From positions 166,302-230,301 of the forward strand of contig OY970369.1 in NCBI GenBank assembly GCA_963718715.1: 64,000 nucleotides of DNA. The letters are read 5' to 3'. The notes under the pieces were generated by a model. It did no database searches and was not told the origin of the DNA. It saw only the letters and a list, made by a program, of their open reading frames with translations. Below, piece by piece: positions 28,458-38,519 of this stretch; the first letter of the stretch is position 1, and each line of letters starts with the position of its first letter. The DNA comes from an uncultured Chlamydiae bacterium. GTDB taxonomy: Bacteria > Chlamydiota > Chlamydiia > Chlamydiales > Rhabdochlamydiaceae. The position numbers were made by a program, and so were the translations under genes.

Positions 28458-31400
28458 TCAGCTTTTATGTTCGTGGAGGGAAAAGGAGGTTTGTAGGCCT
28501 GAAAGGATCGCTTTTTCCCACTCGTCCAGCTTTTTGGTGCGCGGGAGCTGGAGGGTCTTTTTGATCCCTGTTCTCTCGGCTGTGAAGGTGTAGGCGTCGA
28601 ACTTGAGGAGGGTGAATTGATGGTGGGCGGCAAAGGTTCGCAGGCGGGTGAGGTGGTAGAGCCAGAGGACGGGGGGCGGAGGAGGGCCGAAACGGTCCTT
28701 GAGTTCGGCTAAAAGGGCATCGACCTCTTCGAATTGGGCCGCCTCGCCGAGGCGGTGGTAGATCTCCATCCGCAAGCTCGCCTCGCCGATGTACTCTTCG
28801 GGAAGGGAGGCCTCGTAGCCGAATTCCATTTTGGTTTCGAGAAAGGAGGGGGGCTTTTTTTTGCGGAGCGCATCGATCGTCCGCTTGAGGAGTTTGCAAT
28901 AGAGGTGGAAGCCGATGGCGGCGATCTGGCCCGATTGCTGAGTGCCTAAAATATCGCCTGCCCCGCGGATCTCCAAATCGCGCATGGCGATTTTCATTCC
29001 ACCGCCATAGCCGGAGGCTTCGATCAGCGCGAAGAGTCTTTTGCGGCTCAGTTCGGGAAGGGAGCGGTGTTGCGGGGTGAGGAAATAGGCGTAGGCGGGG
29101 CGGTTCCATCTCCCCACCCTGCCACGCAGCTGGTAGAGGTCGGCGAGGCCGAACTGGTCGGCGCGGTCGATGAGAATGGTATTGGCGTTGGGGATGTCGA
29201 TGCCGTTTTCGATGATGGTAGTGGAGACGAGGATATCCGCTTGTCCATTTTTAAATGCGTGAAAGATCTGGTCGATCTCCTCCGGCGACATCTGCCCGTG
29301 CGCGGCGACGATGCGCGCTTCGGGGAGGAGCTTTTGCAGCTCTTCGCTCACCTGAAAGATCGACTCGACCCGGTTGTGGATAAAAAAGGCTTGCCCATCG
29401 CGCGCCAGTTCGCGCAGGAGGGCATTGCGGACCAGCTCGGGCTCTTTCTCGGCGATGATGCTTTTAATCGGGAGACGGTCTTGCGGAGGGGTGTTGATCA
29501 CGGAAATGTCTTTAGCGCCGATCAGGGAGAGGTAGAGGGTGCGGGGAATCGGGGTAGCCGATAGGGTGAGGCAGTCGACGCCGATTTTCAAGCTTTTGAG
29601 GTGCTCTTTGGCGCGCACTCCGAAGCGCTGCTCCTCGTCGATGATGATCAATCCGAGATCTTTGAAGAGGACGTCTTTGCTGATGAGCCGGTGGGTGCCG
29701 ATCAGGATATCGATCGCTCCGCTGGCGACTTTTTCGAGGGTGCGTTTGATCTCTTTAGCGGAGCAAAAGCGGGAAACCATGCCGATATTCAGGGAGAAGT
29801 TGGCCATCCGGTCGACGAACGTCTCATAGTGCTGGAGGGCGAGCACGGTGGTGGGCACAAGGACGGCGACCTGTTTTTTGCCTTCGTGCGCCGCTTTAAA
29901 GGCAGCGCGCATAGCGACCTCCGTTTTGCCATAGCCCACATCGCCGCAGATCAACCGGTCCATGGCTTTTTCAGAGGCCATATCCTGTTTGATGGCGAGG
30001 ATGGCTTGCAGTTGGTCTTCGGTTTCGACAAAGGGGAAATCGGTCTCGAAAGAGACCATCTCTGGGGTGTCGGGAGGATAGCTGAAGCCTCCATGGATCG
30101 CGCGTTCGGCATTCAGGCGGAGCAGATCTTGCGCATAGCCGATGATCGCTTTCTCCGCTTGTAGGCGGGTGCGCTGCCACCGGTTGGTGCCCAGAGTGCT
30201 TAAGGTGGGGATTTCTTCATGAGCGCCGATGTAGCGGCTGACGAGATGGGCTCCCGCCATGGGGACGTAGAGTTTGCCGCTCTCCGCATATTCTAAGACT
30301 AAAAATTCCGTTTCATGGCCGAGGTGGTTGGCCCGTTTTTCTGTGCCGAGATATTTGGCGATCCCATGTTGCAAATGGACGACAAGATCCCCGGGAAAGA
30401 GCTCGTGGAAATCGGAAGCGGGGGTATGATAGGTGCTCCGCCACTTTTGGCGTCTGGTCTTATAGCGATGGGTGAACTCGGTCATCGGCAGGAGGAGGAG
30501 TTGGCTATCGGGTAGGATAAAGCCGCTCGATAAATATCCCCTCTCGAAGCGGGTCTTCTCGGGAAGGAGAACCCCTTCCTGCTTCAAGCGGGACTTAAAG
30601 GCGTTTTCTTCCGATTCTGTGGAGGAAATAAAATGCAGATCGAGCGCCGATTTCGCGATCTTATCCAAACCGGGTAAGATCCCTTCGGGGAAATAAGAGC
30701 TGATCTCTTCAAAGGGGTGCCTCCAGCGTTTGGTGGTGATTTTTTGGTCCAGGATGTCAAAAGAAAGGAGCTGCAGGGGGATCTTTCCTGAGTAGAAATC
30801 GCGCCCTACCTTTTTTTCGATCCGCACATCGGATAGATCTTCTGCCCTCTGATGGGTCCAGAACAGGCTTTGCACCTGTTGGACCCGTTCAAAAAACTCA
30901 GAGAAGGTGGCGAATAAGGAGGATTTAGCGCCGGGCATTTGTTGAAGAGCGACGTACCGATCTTCGATAGCTAGGAGATCATCCAAAATGACGAGGGTAT
31001 TTGGGCCCAGGTAGTCTAAGAGCAGGCAAGGGTTTTTCTCTTTGCGGATCTGCTCGAGCTCCGATGCGGGGCAGATGAAGAGAGATTCTGCCTTGCCGAT
31101 CGATTTCTGCCCGATCGGATCGTAGGTGCGGATGTCGTCGATGGTATTCCCGAAGAAATCGATCCGAAAGGGATCGGGCGACGAGGTGGGAAAGAGATCG
31201 AGGATCCCTCCGCGCAGGGCGAATTCCCCTTTATCGGCACAAAGGGGAGCTCGCCGATAGCCTAAGGAGGCGAGCTCTTGCGCGAGGGTCTCGAACGGGA
31301 TCTCATCCCCCCGTTTCCACACCCTGCACAAGGTTTTGAGCGTTCGGGGAGCGAGGAGTTTTTGCAAAGCGCCCTGCAGAGAACAGAGAACGATTTGCCC

Positions 31401-31721
31401 CGTTTTCTGGGCGAGCAGCGCGTGCAAGATTTCAAAGCGTCTACCCACGAGATCGGGGCTGGGGGCGATCTCTTCTCCGGGGAGCGTTTCCCAAGCGGGA
31501 AAATCGAGGATCGAGGTGTGCCCGAAGTAGGCGCAATCGTCGAGCAGGCGATTTTCCCTCGCTTCTCCTGTGAGAATCAGCACATTTTTTTTTGCCGCTT
31601 GCACAGATAAAGAGATGAGCGCCGCTTTAGGGGCGTCCCAAAGTTGCTCGACGAGCAGAGAAGGCTCTTTGCGGATGATGTCGGAAAAGAGCTGCAGAGC
31701 AGGGGAATCGAGCAGGTTCAC
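28458..31721 (-). CDS. mfd: Transcription-repair coupling factor Mfd
   Basis: 1087 aa with a UvrB-homology N-terminus. SF2 helicase motifs are GDVGYGKTEVA, DEEQRFG and QLRGRVGR. A TRG/C-terminal domain is present. The GTG start overlaps the alaS stop (GTGA). Confidence 0.95.
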   Translation of the reverse strand: MNLLDSPALQLFSDIIRKEPSLLVEQLWDAPKAALISLSVQAAKKNVLILTGEARENRLLDDCAYFGHTSILDFPAWETLPGEEIAPSPDLVGRRFEILHALLAQKTGQIVLCSLQGALQKLLAPRTLKTLCRVWKRGDEIPFETLAQELASLGYRRAPLCADKGEFALRGGILDLFPTSSPDPFRIDFFGNTIDDIRTYDPIGQKSIGKAESLFICPASELEQIRKEKNPCLLLDYLGPNTLVILDDLLAIEDRYVALQQMPGAKSSLFATFSEFFERVQQVQSLFWTHQRAEDLSDVRIEKKVGRDFYSGKIPLQLLSFDILDQKITTKRWRHPFEEISSYFPEGILPGLDKIAKSALDLHFISSTESEENAFKSRLKQEGVLLPEKTRFERGYLSSGFILPDSQLLLLPMTEFTHRYKTRRQKWRSTYHTPASDFHELFPGDLVVHLQHGIAKYLGTEKRANHLGHETEFLVLEYAESGKLYVPMAGAHLVSRYIGAHEEIPTLSTLGTNRWQRTRLQAEKAIIGYAQDLLRLNAERAIHGGFSYPPDTPEMVSFETDFPFVETEDQLQAILAIKQDMASEKAMDRLICGDVGYGKTEVAMRAAFKAAHEGKKQVAVLVPTTVLALQHYETFVDRMANFSLNIGMVSRFCSAKEIKRTLEKVASGAIDILIGTHRLISKDVLFKDLGLIIIDEEQRFGVRAKEHLKSLKIGVDCLTLSATPIPRTLYLSLIGAKDISVINTPPQDRLPIKSIIAEKEPELVRNALLRELARDGQAFFIHNRVESIFQVSEELQKLLPEARIVAAHGQMSPEEIDQIFHAFKNGQADILVSTTIIENGIDIPNANTILIDRADQFGLADLYQLRGRVGRWNRPAYAYFLTPQHRSLPELSRKRLFALIEASGYGGGMKIAMRDLEIRGAGDILGTQQSGQIAAIGFHLYCKLLKRTIDALRKKKPPSFLETKMEFGYEASLPEEYIGEASLRMEIYHRLGEAAQFEEVDALLAELKDRFGPPPPPVLWLYHLTRLRTFAAHHQFTLLKFDAYTFTAERTGIKKTLQLPRTKKLDEWEKAILSGLQTSFSLHEHKS

Positions 31722-34333
31722 AGGTTGGATAAAAATGTTCGGGCTTGTTCTAGGGCTTGCGGAATCCCCTCAGGCCGCTTTCCGCCGGCTTGCGCGCTGT
31801 TCTCCTTGCCGCCGCCGCTGCCGCCGACGAGGGGAGCGATCTTTTTGATGAGAGCGGCAGCTTGGATCCCCTTTTGCACGAGATCTGCGCTGACCCTGAC
31901 CAAAAGCTGGCACCGCTCCGCCTGTTTGGCGGCGAGGATGAGGACGCAAGAAGGGATCCGTTGCATCAGGTCGTCGGCTAGGGGGGATAGCTCGTCGCCA
32001 TCCACTCCGACCTCTGTTGCGAGCAGGGGAGTGGATCCTGCTGAAACGACTTTTTTGGCGAGCCCCTCTGCGAGTTGCTGCAGCTCTTGGCGCCTCCATT
32101 TTTTGAGTTTGTGCGCGCTCTCTTTATTTTCTTCGAGGAGTTCTGCAATCTTTTCAGAGAGTTTGGCGAGAGGCGCTTTGAGCAAGGAGGCGGCTTCCTG
32201 CGCTAAATCCTCTTGTGCATGCATCAGCTCCTCGGCGGCTTTTCCCGTCACCGCCTCGATCCGGCGCACGCCCGCTGCGATGCTGCTCTCTTTAGCGATC
32301 CGAAAGAGTCCAATGGCTCCCAGCTGTTTGACATGGGTGCCTCCGCACAGTTCTTTGGAGAAGTCGATGTCGATGACGCGGACGCGGCTGCCGTATTTGT
32401 CTCCGAAAAATTGTTTGATGTCGGAGCGCTTTTGCACATCCGCAAAAGAGAGCTCATAGGCGCTTACAGAGCTGTTTTCGCGGATTTTTTCATTCACGAG
32501 GTCTTCGACGGCGCGGATCTCTTGAGGGGAGAGCGGCTTGTGGTGGTTAAAATCGAAGCGGAGCCTGCCCGGTTCGACGAGGGAGCCGGCTTGTTTGATG
32601 TGCGGGCCGAGGACCTGTTGCAGCGCCCAATGGAGCAGGTGGGTAGCGGTGTGGTGCGCTTCGATGAGAGAACGCCTTTTGGAGTCTACGCGCGCTGTCA
32701 CCGGCTCTCCGACGAGCAGCACCCCTTTGTCGAGCGTGCCGATGTGGACGACCGCGTCGGGGTAAGGCGCGCGGCAGGCGGTCACGGTGAAATGGGCCTG
32801 ATGGTGGACAAGGGTTCCCGTGTCTCCGATCTGCCCCCCTTTTTCGGCGTAGAAGGGGGTCTTGTCCAAGAGGATCATCCCCTCTTCGCCCGCATTGAGC
32901 ATCTGGACAAAGCTGCCGCCGGCAACGATCCCTAGAATCGTGGATTCGCTTTGTGTATCGCTATAGCCGACAAAGGCGCAGGGCCCATGCGTTTCGGCAT
33001 ATCCCTTAAAGAGATTTTCCTCTACTTCTTGAGTGTGGACGGCCTGCGCGCTGCGCGATTTTTCCTTTGCCTGCTCTTCTAAGATTTGGAAGGTCTCTAG
33101 GTTCACTTGCAAGCCCGAATCTTTAGCGAGGAGGAGGATCTCTTCGAGAGGGAAGCCGTAGGTGTCTTTGAGGGTAAACGCCTCTTCGCCGCGGATCTCT
33201 TTGAGAGGGCTTGCCTTGGCCTTCTCGATCACATTGCTCAGAATATTGCCTCCCCGTTTGAGGGTGCGCAAGAAACCCTCCTCTTCGAGGGTGAGGATTT
33301 CTCCGATCCGAGCCTGTGCGGCAATCAGTGCGGGGTATTGGGTTCCCATCGTCTCGATCAGCCTGGGGAGGATTTTGGCGAGGAACGGCTCTTGAAAACC
33401 TAAGGTGCGCCCGTAGCGCACGGCCCGCCTTAAGATTTTGCGCAGCACATAGCCCCGTTCGACGTTGCTGGGCTGCGCGCCGTCGGCAATCGCAAACGAG
33501 AGGGAGCGGATGTGGTCGGCGATCACATGAAAGGCGGGATTATTTTCGTAGGGTTTGCCGGAGACTTTTTCGACTTGAGCGATGAGACTGCGCAAAATGT
33601 CGGTGGCAAAAATGGTATCGACTCCCATTTTGATCGCGGCGATCCTCTCTAGACCCGCTCCTGTATCGATCGATTGATTGGGCAGAGGGGTCAATTTACC
33701 GGAAGCGTCTCGATTGAACTGCATGAAGACGAGATTCCAGAATTCCAAATAGCGCTCGCCGGCGGTATCCTCTTTGAGGGAGGAGGCGCTGCCGTATTTG
33801 GGCCCCCGGTCGACATAGAGCTCTGAGCAAGGCCCGCAAGGTCCCGTATCCCCCATCGCCCAAAAATTATCTTTTTCATCCATCCGGACGATCCGGCCGA
33901 CCGGCATGTGTTTTTGCCATAGGGAAAACGCTTCATCATCTTCTCGGAATACGGTGATCCAGAGGTGTTTGGGATCGATTTCTAAGACTTGCGTCGACAT
34001 GTGCCAGGCATAGTCGATCGCCTGCTCTTTGAAATAATCGCCAAAGGAGAAATTGCCCAGCATTTCAAAAAAGGTCATGTGGCGCGAGGTGTGTCCCACG
34101 TTATCGAGGTCGTTGTGTTTGCCCCCCGCGCGAATGCATTTTTGCGCGGTGGCGGCTCGCGTGTAGTCCCTTTGGCTTTTTCCAAGAAAAACATCTTTGA
34201 ACTGATTCATGCCCGCGTTGGTGAATAAAAGCGTAGGATCATCGTGGGGAACGACCGAGGAAGAGGGGATGATCGCATGCCCTTTTTCTTGAAAATAGTG
34301 TAAAAACCGGCGCCGAATTTCATCTGAAATCAT
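31718..34333 (-). CDS. alaS: Alanine--tRNA ligase
   Basis: Matching segments are FTNAGMNQFK, RAGGKHNDLDNVG and the editing-domain HTATHLLH. A C-terminal DHHA1-like domain is present. 871 aa. Confidence 0.97.
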   Translation of the reverse strand: MISDEIRRRFLHYFQEKGHAIIPSSSVVPHDDPTLLFTNAGMNQFKDVFLGKSQRDYTRAATAQKCIRAGGKHNDLDNVGHTSRHMTFFEMLGNFSFGDYFKEQAIDYAWHMSTQVLEIDPKHLWITVFREDDEAFSLWQKHMPVGRIVRMDEKDNFWAMGDTGPCGPCSELYVDRGPKYGSASSLKEDTAGERYLEFWNLVFMQFNRDASGKLTPLPNQSIDTGAGLERIAAIKMGVDTIFATDILRSLIAQVEKVSGKPYENNPAFHVIADHIRSLSFAIADGAQPSNVERGYVLRKILRRAVRYGRTLGFQEPFLAKILPRLIETMGTQYPALIAAQARIGEILTLEEEGFLRTLKRGGNILSNVIEKAKASPLKEIRGEEAFTLKDTYGFPLEEILLLAKDSGLQVNLETFQILEEQAKEKSRSAQAVHTQEVEENLFKGYAETHGPCAFVGYSDTQSESTILGIVAGGSFVQMLNAGEEGMILLDKTPFYAEKGGQIGDTGTLVHHQAHFTVTACRAPYPDAVVHIGTLDKGVLLVGEPVTARVDSKRRSLIEAHHTATHLLHWALQQVLGPHIKQAGSLVEPGRLRFDFNHHKPLSPQEIRAVEDLVNEKIRENSSVSAYELSFADVQKRSDIKQFFGDKYGSRVRVIDIDFSKELCGGTHVKQLGAIGLFRIAKESSIAAGVRRIEAVTGKAAEELMHAQEDLAQEAASLLKAPLAKLSEKIAELLEENKESAHKLKKWRRQELQQLAEGLAKKVVSAGSTPLLATEVGVDGDELSPLADDLMQRIPSCVLILAAKQAERCQLLVRVSADLVQKGIQAAALIKKIAPLVGGSGGGKENSAQAGGKRPEGIPQALEQARTFLSNL

Positions 34334-34411
34334 ATAGACTCTATTTTCTTGAAGATTATAGCGAATAGAGGTAAAAATGACATACTATTTTAATGTACAG
34401 AGGATTGCAAT

Positions 34412-36400
34412 ATGGATACCGGGCTTAAAAAACAACTCAGTAAAATTGCCAACACGGTCCGCGCGCTTTCGATGGATGCTGTCCAAAAAGCCAATTCCGG
34501 CCATCCGGGATTGCCCATGGGGTGCGCCGAATTCGGCGCTTTTTTATACGGAGTTGTCTTGCGCCACAATCCCAAAAATCCAAAATGGCTCAACCGCGAC
34601 CGTTTTGTCCTCTCCGCCGGCCACGGATCGATGTGGCTCTATTCTCTTTTACACCTGTCGGGCTTTCATCTTTCGATGGACGAGATCAAGCGCTTTCGCC
34701 AGCTGCATTCCCATACGCCGGGCCATCCGGAATATGGGATGACGGAGGGGGTAGAAGCGACAACGGGGCCTTTGGGGCAAGGGGTGGGCAATGCGGTGGG
34801 CCAAGCGCTGGGGCTGAAAATCTTGGCTGCCAAGTTCAATGTAGAGGGGTTTTCCCTATTCAATAATAAAGTGTATTGTTTGGCCGGCGATGGCGACCTC
34901 ATGGAAGGGGTTTCCTCGGAAGCCTCTTCCTTGGCCGGGCATCTCTGTTTGGATAATCTCATCCTGATCTACGACTCGAACCAGGTTACTCTGGATGGCC
35001 CCTATTCAGAATCCGCTTCGGAAAACACCAAACTCCGCTATGAAGCGTATGGGTGGGACGTCTATGAAATCGATGGCTATGATTTCGATGCCATGGAGCA
35101 AGTCTTTTCCACCATTCGCGATGGGCAGAAAAAGCCTTGCTTTATCTTGATGCACACCGTGATCGGCAAGGGCTCCCCGCATAAGGCGGGAACGTCCAAA
35201 GCGCACGGAGCGCCTCTAGGCGTGGAAGAGGTCGAAGAGACAAAAGCGATTTTGGGACTCCCTGAAGAGGCTTTTTATGTGCCCCAGTCTGTCTATACTT
35301 TTTTTGAGCAAAAATGCATCAAAGATGCCGCTTTAGAGCAAAAATGGAAAGAGTTATTTCGCAACTGGTCTGAGGCGTATCCCGATCAGTCCCGGGAGTT
35401 TATGCAGATGGTCGAAAAGCATCTCCCTGACGATCTCGAAGCGCAGCTGCGGAAAATCGAGATGAAAAGCCCTTTGGCGGGGCGCAGCGCTTCTCAATCG
35501 GTGTTAAATGTGCTGGGAGAGCTCCTGCCCCAGCTATATGGCGGATCGGCGGATCTCTCCACCTCCGATCTCACCCTAATGAAAAAATTTCCGATCATCG
35601 CGCCCGGCAATTTTAAGGGGCGCAACATCAAATACGGCGTGCGGGAATTCGGCATGGCGACAACTGCCAGCGGACTTGCCGAAACGAACATGATCACTCC
35701 CTATGTGGGAACTTTTCTCACCTTTTCCGATTACATGCGCAATGCGATCCGCTTAGCTGCTTTATCTAAAATCCAGGTGATTTACCAGTTCACCCACGAT
35801 TCGATTTTTTTAGGGGAAGATGGCCCTACCCACCAACCCATTGAGCAGTTGGCCTCTCTGCGGGCGATGCCCGGATTGCATCTGATCCGGCCCGCGGATA
35901 ATGCGGAAGTCAAGATGGCTTGGCTCGCTGCCTTGCGCTACCATGGCCCCACAGCGATTGTCCTATCGCGTCAAAATCTTCCCGACCTCTTGGTGACCAA
36001 TGTCCCTTATGAACAGGGGATGGGCAAAGGCGCTTACATCATTAAAAAAGAAACGGCAAAGCCCCATTTTTCCCTCTTTGCAACCGGCTCAGAAGTGTCT
36101 TTGGCAATGGATGTCGCTGCTGCTTTAGAGAAGCTCGGCAAGAGCGTGCGCGTCGTCTCGATGCCGTGCTGGCAGATTTTCGAAGCGCAGAGCGATGCGT
36201 ATAAGGCAGGCGTCGTGGGCGGCGATATCGGCCAGCGCGTGAGCATCGAAGCGGGAGTGAGTTTTGGTTGGCACAAGTGGATCGGCATGGATGGGATCGC
36301 AATCAGCATGGAAAGTTTTGGGGCGTCCGCTCCCGCCGGCGATTTAGCTGCCGAATTCGGCTTTACCGTCGATTCGATCCTAAACCGGCTCCTCTCATGA
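34412..36400 (+). CDS. tkt: Transketolase
   Basis: Matching segments are SGHPGLPMG, RDRFVLSAGHGS and GDGDLMEGVS (ThDP motif). 662 aa. Confidence 0.95.
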   Translation: MDTGLKKQLSKIANTVRALSMDAVQKANSGHPGLPMGCAEFGAFLYGVVLRHNPKNPKWLNRDRFVLSAGHGSMWLYSLLHLSGFHLSMDEIKRFRQLHSHTPGHPEYGMTEGVEATTGPLGQGVGNAVGQALGLKILAAKFNVEGFSLFNNKVYCLAGDGDLMEGVSSEASSLAGHLCLDNLILIYDSNQVTLDGPYSESASENTKLRYEAYGWDVYEIDGYDFDAMEQVFSTIRDGQKKPCFILMHTVIGKGSPHKAGTSKAHGAPLGVEEVEETKAILGLPEEAFYVPQSVYTFFEQKCIKDAALEQKWKELFRNWSEAYPDQSREFMQMVEKHLPDDLEAQLRKIEMKSPLAGRSASQSVLNVLGELLPQLYGGSADLSTSDLTLMKKFPIIAPGNFKGRNIKYGVREFGMATTASGLAETNMITPYVGTFLTFSDYMRNAIRLAALSKIQVIYQFTHDSIFLGEDGPTHQPIEQLASLRAMPGLHLIRPADNAEVKMAWLAALRYHGPTAIVLSRQNLPDLLVTNVPYEQGMGKGAYIIKKETAKPHFSLFATGSEVSLAMDVAAALEKLGKSVRVVSMPCWQIFEAQSDAYKAGVVGGDIGQRVSIEAGVSFGWHKWIGMDGIAISMESFGASAPAGDLAAEFGFTVDSILNRLLS

Positions 36401-37401
36401 ATCCGCTGCTCCTGAAGGCGTTGAAATGCGAGAATGCAGGCGGCAGACCCCCTGTCTGGCTGATGCGCCAGGCTGGTCGTTTTTTGCCCGAGTACCGCGC
36501 CCTGCGTACGCGCCATGCCCTGTGGGAGATGTTCCACAATAGCGAACTGGCTGCACAGGTCACTCGGTTGCCTTTAGGCGTGCTGGGCGTCGATGCCGCC
36601 ATTCTCTTTTCCGATATCCTGGTCATTGCCGAAGCGTTTGGAATGCAGGTCCATTTTCCAGAAACAGGCGGACCCTATGTGGAACCTCTCATCCGGTCTG
36701 CTGCCGATATCGATGCCCTTGTCCAGTTAGACGTGCGTTCCGTCTTGGGTTATGTGCGCAAGGCGGTTCAGATTTTGAGAGAGGATTTGCGCGTGCCCCT
36801 CATCGGTTTTTGCGGGGCTCCTTTTACCGTAGCCAGCTATTTGATCGAAAAAGGCAAGGTGCAGGATTGGCTTAGCAAGGAGCCGAAGAGTTTCCACCTT
36901 CTGCTGGATAAGCTGGCGCGCGCCTCCATCGATTATGTGCGCATGCAGATCGAGGCGGGTGTGCAGGTGGTGCAGATTTTCGATTCTTGGGCAAGTCTTC
37001 TCGATCCTGCGCAGTTTCATGCCTTTTCGTTGCCCTATCTCCGCCAGATCATCGAGGCGCTTCGAGAGACTAAAGTTCCCCTTATCGTATTTTGCCGCAA
37101 CTCGAGCCTATTTCCTCGGGAATTGGCGGCCCTTGAACCCTCTGGCATCAGTTTTGACTGGCATCGGGAGATGTCCCAGCTGCGCGCGCAGGTCCCCGCC
37201 TCGATTGCGGTGCAGGGAAACCTCCCTCCCGAAATTCTCAAAGCTCCCCGCCCTGTCCTCATCGCAGAGACGCAGCGCCTGTTGCATGCCATGCGGGGAG
37301 AACCCGGCTTCATCTTCAATTTAGGCCATGGCGTGCTTCCAGATACGCCTGTCGACAATGTGCGCTGCCTTGTGGAAACCATCATGAAGGAGTCCATATG
37401 A
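36397..37401 (+). CDS. hemE: Uroporphyrinogen decarboxylase
   Basis: PPVWLMRQAGRFLPEYR is the HemE signature. The start was set at MNPLLLKAL, whose ATG overlaps the tkt stop (ATGA). The track ORF's extra 43 aa lie within tkt. Confidence 0.92.
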   Translation: MNPLLLKALKCENAGGRPPVWLMRQAGRFLPEYRALRTRHALWEMFHNSELAAQVTRLPLGVLGVDAAILFSDILVIAEAFGMQVHFPETGGPYVEPLIRSAADIDALVQLDVRSVLGYVRKAVQILREDLRVPLIGFCGAPFTVASYLIEKGKVQDWLSKEPKSFHLLLDKLARASIDYVRMQIEAGVQVVQIFDSWASLLDPAQFHAFSLPYLRQIIEALRETKVPLIVFCRNSSLFPRELAALEPSGISFDWHREMSQLRAQVPASIAVQGNLPPEILKAPRPVLIAETQRLLHAMRGEPGFIFNLGHGVLPDTPVDNVRCLVETIMKESI

Positions 37402-38441
37402 ATAGGTTCAAGATCTGCTTATCTTGTTTATGTACGCTCGCCTTTTTTCCCCTCGGAGCGGAAAGGATCGAAGTGGTCTCGAATGGAACGTGCAAGCCTG
37501 AACAGTTGACATCCGCTCTTCTCGAAAAGCAGTGGAATGGACAGGTCAAAGAATGCGACTTTGCCGATTATCCCGGGTTGGTCAAGGACCGAACCCGCTT
37601 CGGCAAGATTCTAAGAAAATTGTCGCTCGAACCCTCGTCCATTTCTGTGAAAGAGGAGGTCAGAAAAATCATCTTCATGAACATTCCTCCGAACGGCAAT
37701 CGAGATTTAAACCTGTTTAAACTCCCCAAAGAAAAAATGGTGCTCTTCATGTGGGAGCCGCCGCTGCGCCTCCGCAAGATGTACTCTGACAAGGTCCAAC
37801 AGTGTTTTGCGCGGATCTACACGTGGGATGATGATCTCGTCGACAATCAGACTTACTTCAAGTTTTATTATCCCGAACTGCGTCCGATGATCGAGAATCC
37901 CGTCCCCTTTGAAAAAAAACAGCTCTGCACCATGGTCATCGGCAATACGTCGGATAAATCCTACCGTTCGGAAGAGCTTTATTCGGAACGGAAGAAGACC
38001 ATTGCGTTTTTTGAGAGGATGGGCGAAAGAGGCTTTGTGTTTTACGGGAAAAATTGGGAGCCGGCCGAATACCCCTCCTATCGAGGCCCCGTTGCCGATA
38101 AAATTGCCGTGATTAAAAATTACCGGTTCATCATTTGCTATGAAAATTCCAAAGACCTCAAAGGATACATTACGGAAAAGATTTTCGATTGCTTTGCAGC
38201 CGGAACCGTGCCGATCTATTGGGGGGCGAGCAATGTGGAGGAGTACATTCCAAAAGGATGCTTTATCGACCGGAGGGATTTTCAAAATTTAGACGAGCTT
38301 TACCTCCTCTTGAAAAACATGCAAAAGGAGGAGTATGAGGGATACCTAGAGCGGATCCGCGCCTATTTGCAAAGCGACCGGGCGCAACTTTTTTCCTATG
38401 AACATTTCCAGGAGATATTCCACGAGGCTTGCCGCTCTTGA
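37398..38441 (+). CDS. GT10-family alpha-(1,3)-fucosyltransferase-like glycosyltransferase
   Basis: YRFIICYENSKDLKGYITEKIFDCFAAGTVPIYWGASNVEEYIPKGCFI matches the GT10 motif block (H. pylori FutA: YKFNLCFENS…GYVTEK…IPIYWG). It has an N-terminal signal or anchor. The ATG overlaps the hemE stop. Confidence 0.8.
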   Translation: MNRFKICLSCLCTLAFFPLGAERIEVVSNGTCKPEQLTSALLEKQWNGQVKECDFADYPGLVKDRTRFGKILRKLSLEPSSISVKEEVRKIIFMNIPPNGNRDLNLFKLPKEKMVLFMWEPPLRLRKMYSDKVQQCFARIYTWDDDLVDNQTYFKFYYPELRPMIENPVPFEKKQLCTMVIGNTSDKSYRSEELYSERKKTIAFFERMGERGFVFYGKNWEPAEYPSYRGPVADKIAVIKNYRFIICYENSKDLKGYITEKIFDCFAAGTVPIYWGASNVEEYIPKGCFIDRRDFQNLDELYLLLKNMQKEEYEGYLERIRAYLQSDRAQLFSYEHFQEIFHEACRS

Positions 38442-38451
38442 ACACCTCGGG

Positions 38452-38487
38452 AAAAAAAATAACAGGATTTTAATCCTGTTATTTTTC
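38452..38487. terminator. Bidirectional intrinsic terminator
   Basis: A-run, then ATAACAGGATT-TT-AATCCTGTTAT, then a T-run. It lies between the convergent fucosyltransferase and SWIB genes. Confidence 0.6.
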
Positions 38488-38519
38488 GCTTATTCTCTAA
38501 TAAAAACGATGTGAAATCG

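Noticed and set aside
28465-29109. Arg/Pro-rich alternative-frame ORFs inside GC-rich genes (for example 28465-29109, 19906-20298, 2972-3496, 31644-32459, 32213-32935 and 62259-62948)
   Set aside because: They are shadow ORFs inside or antisense to strongly supported genes (mfd, htpG, the permease, alaS, clpC). Their composition is typical of off-frame GC-rich sequence.
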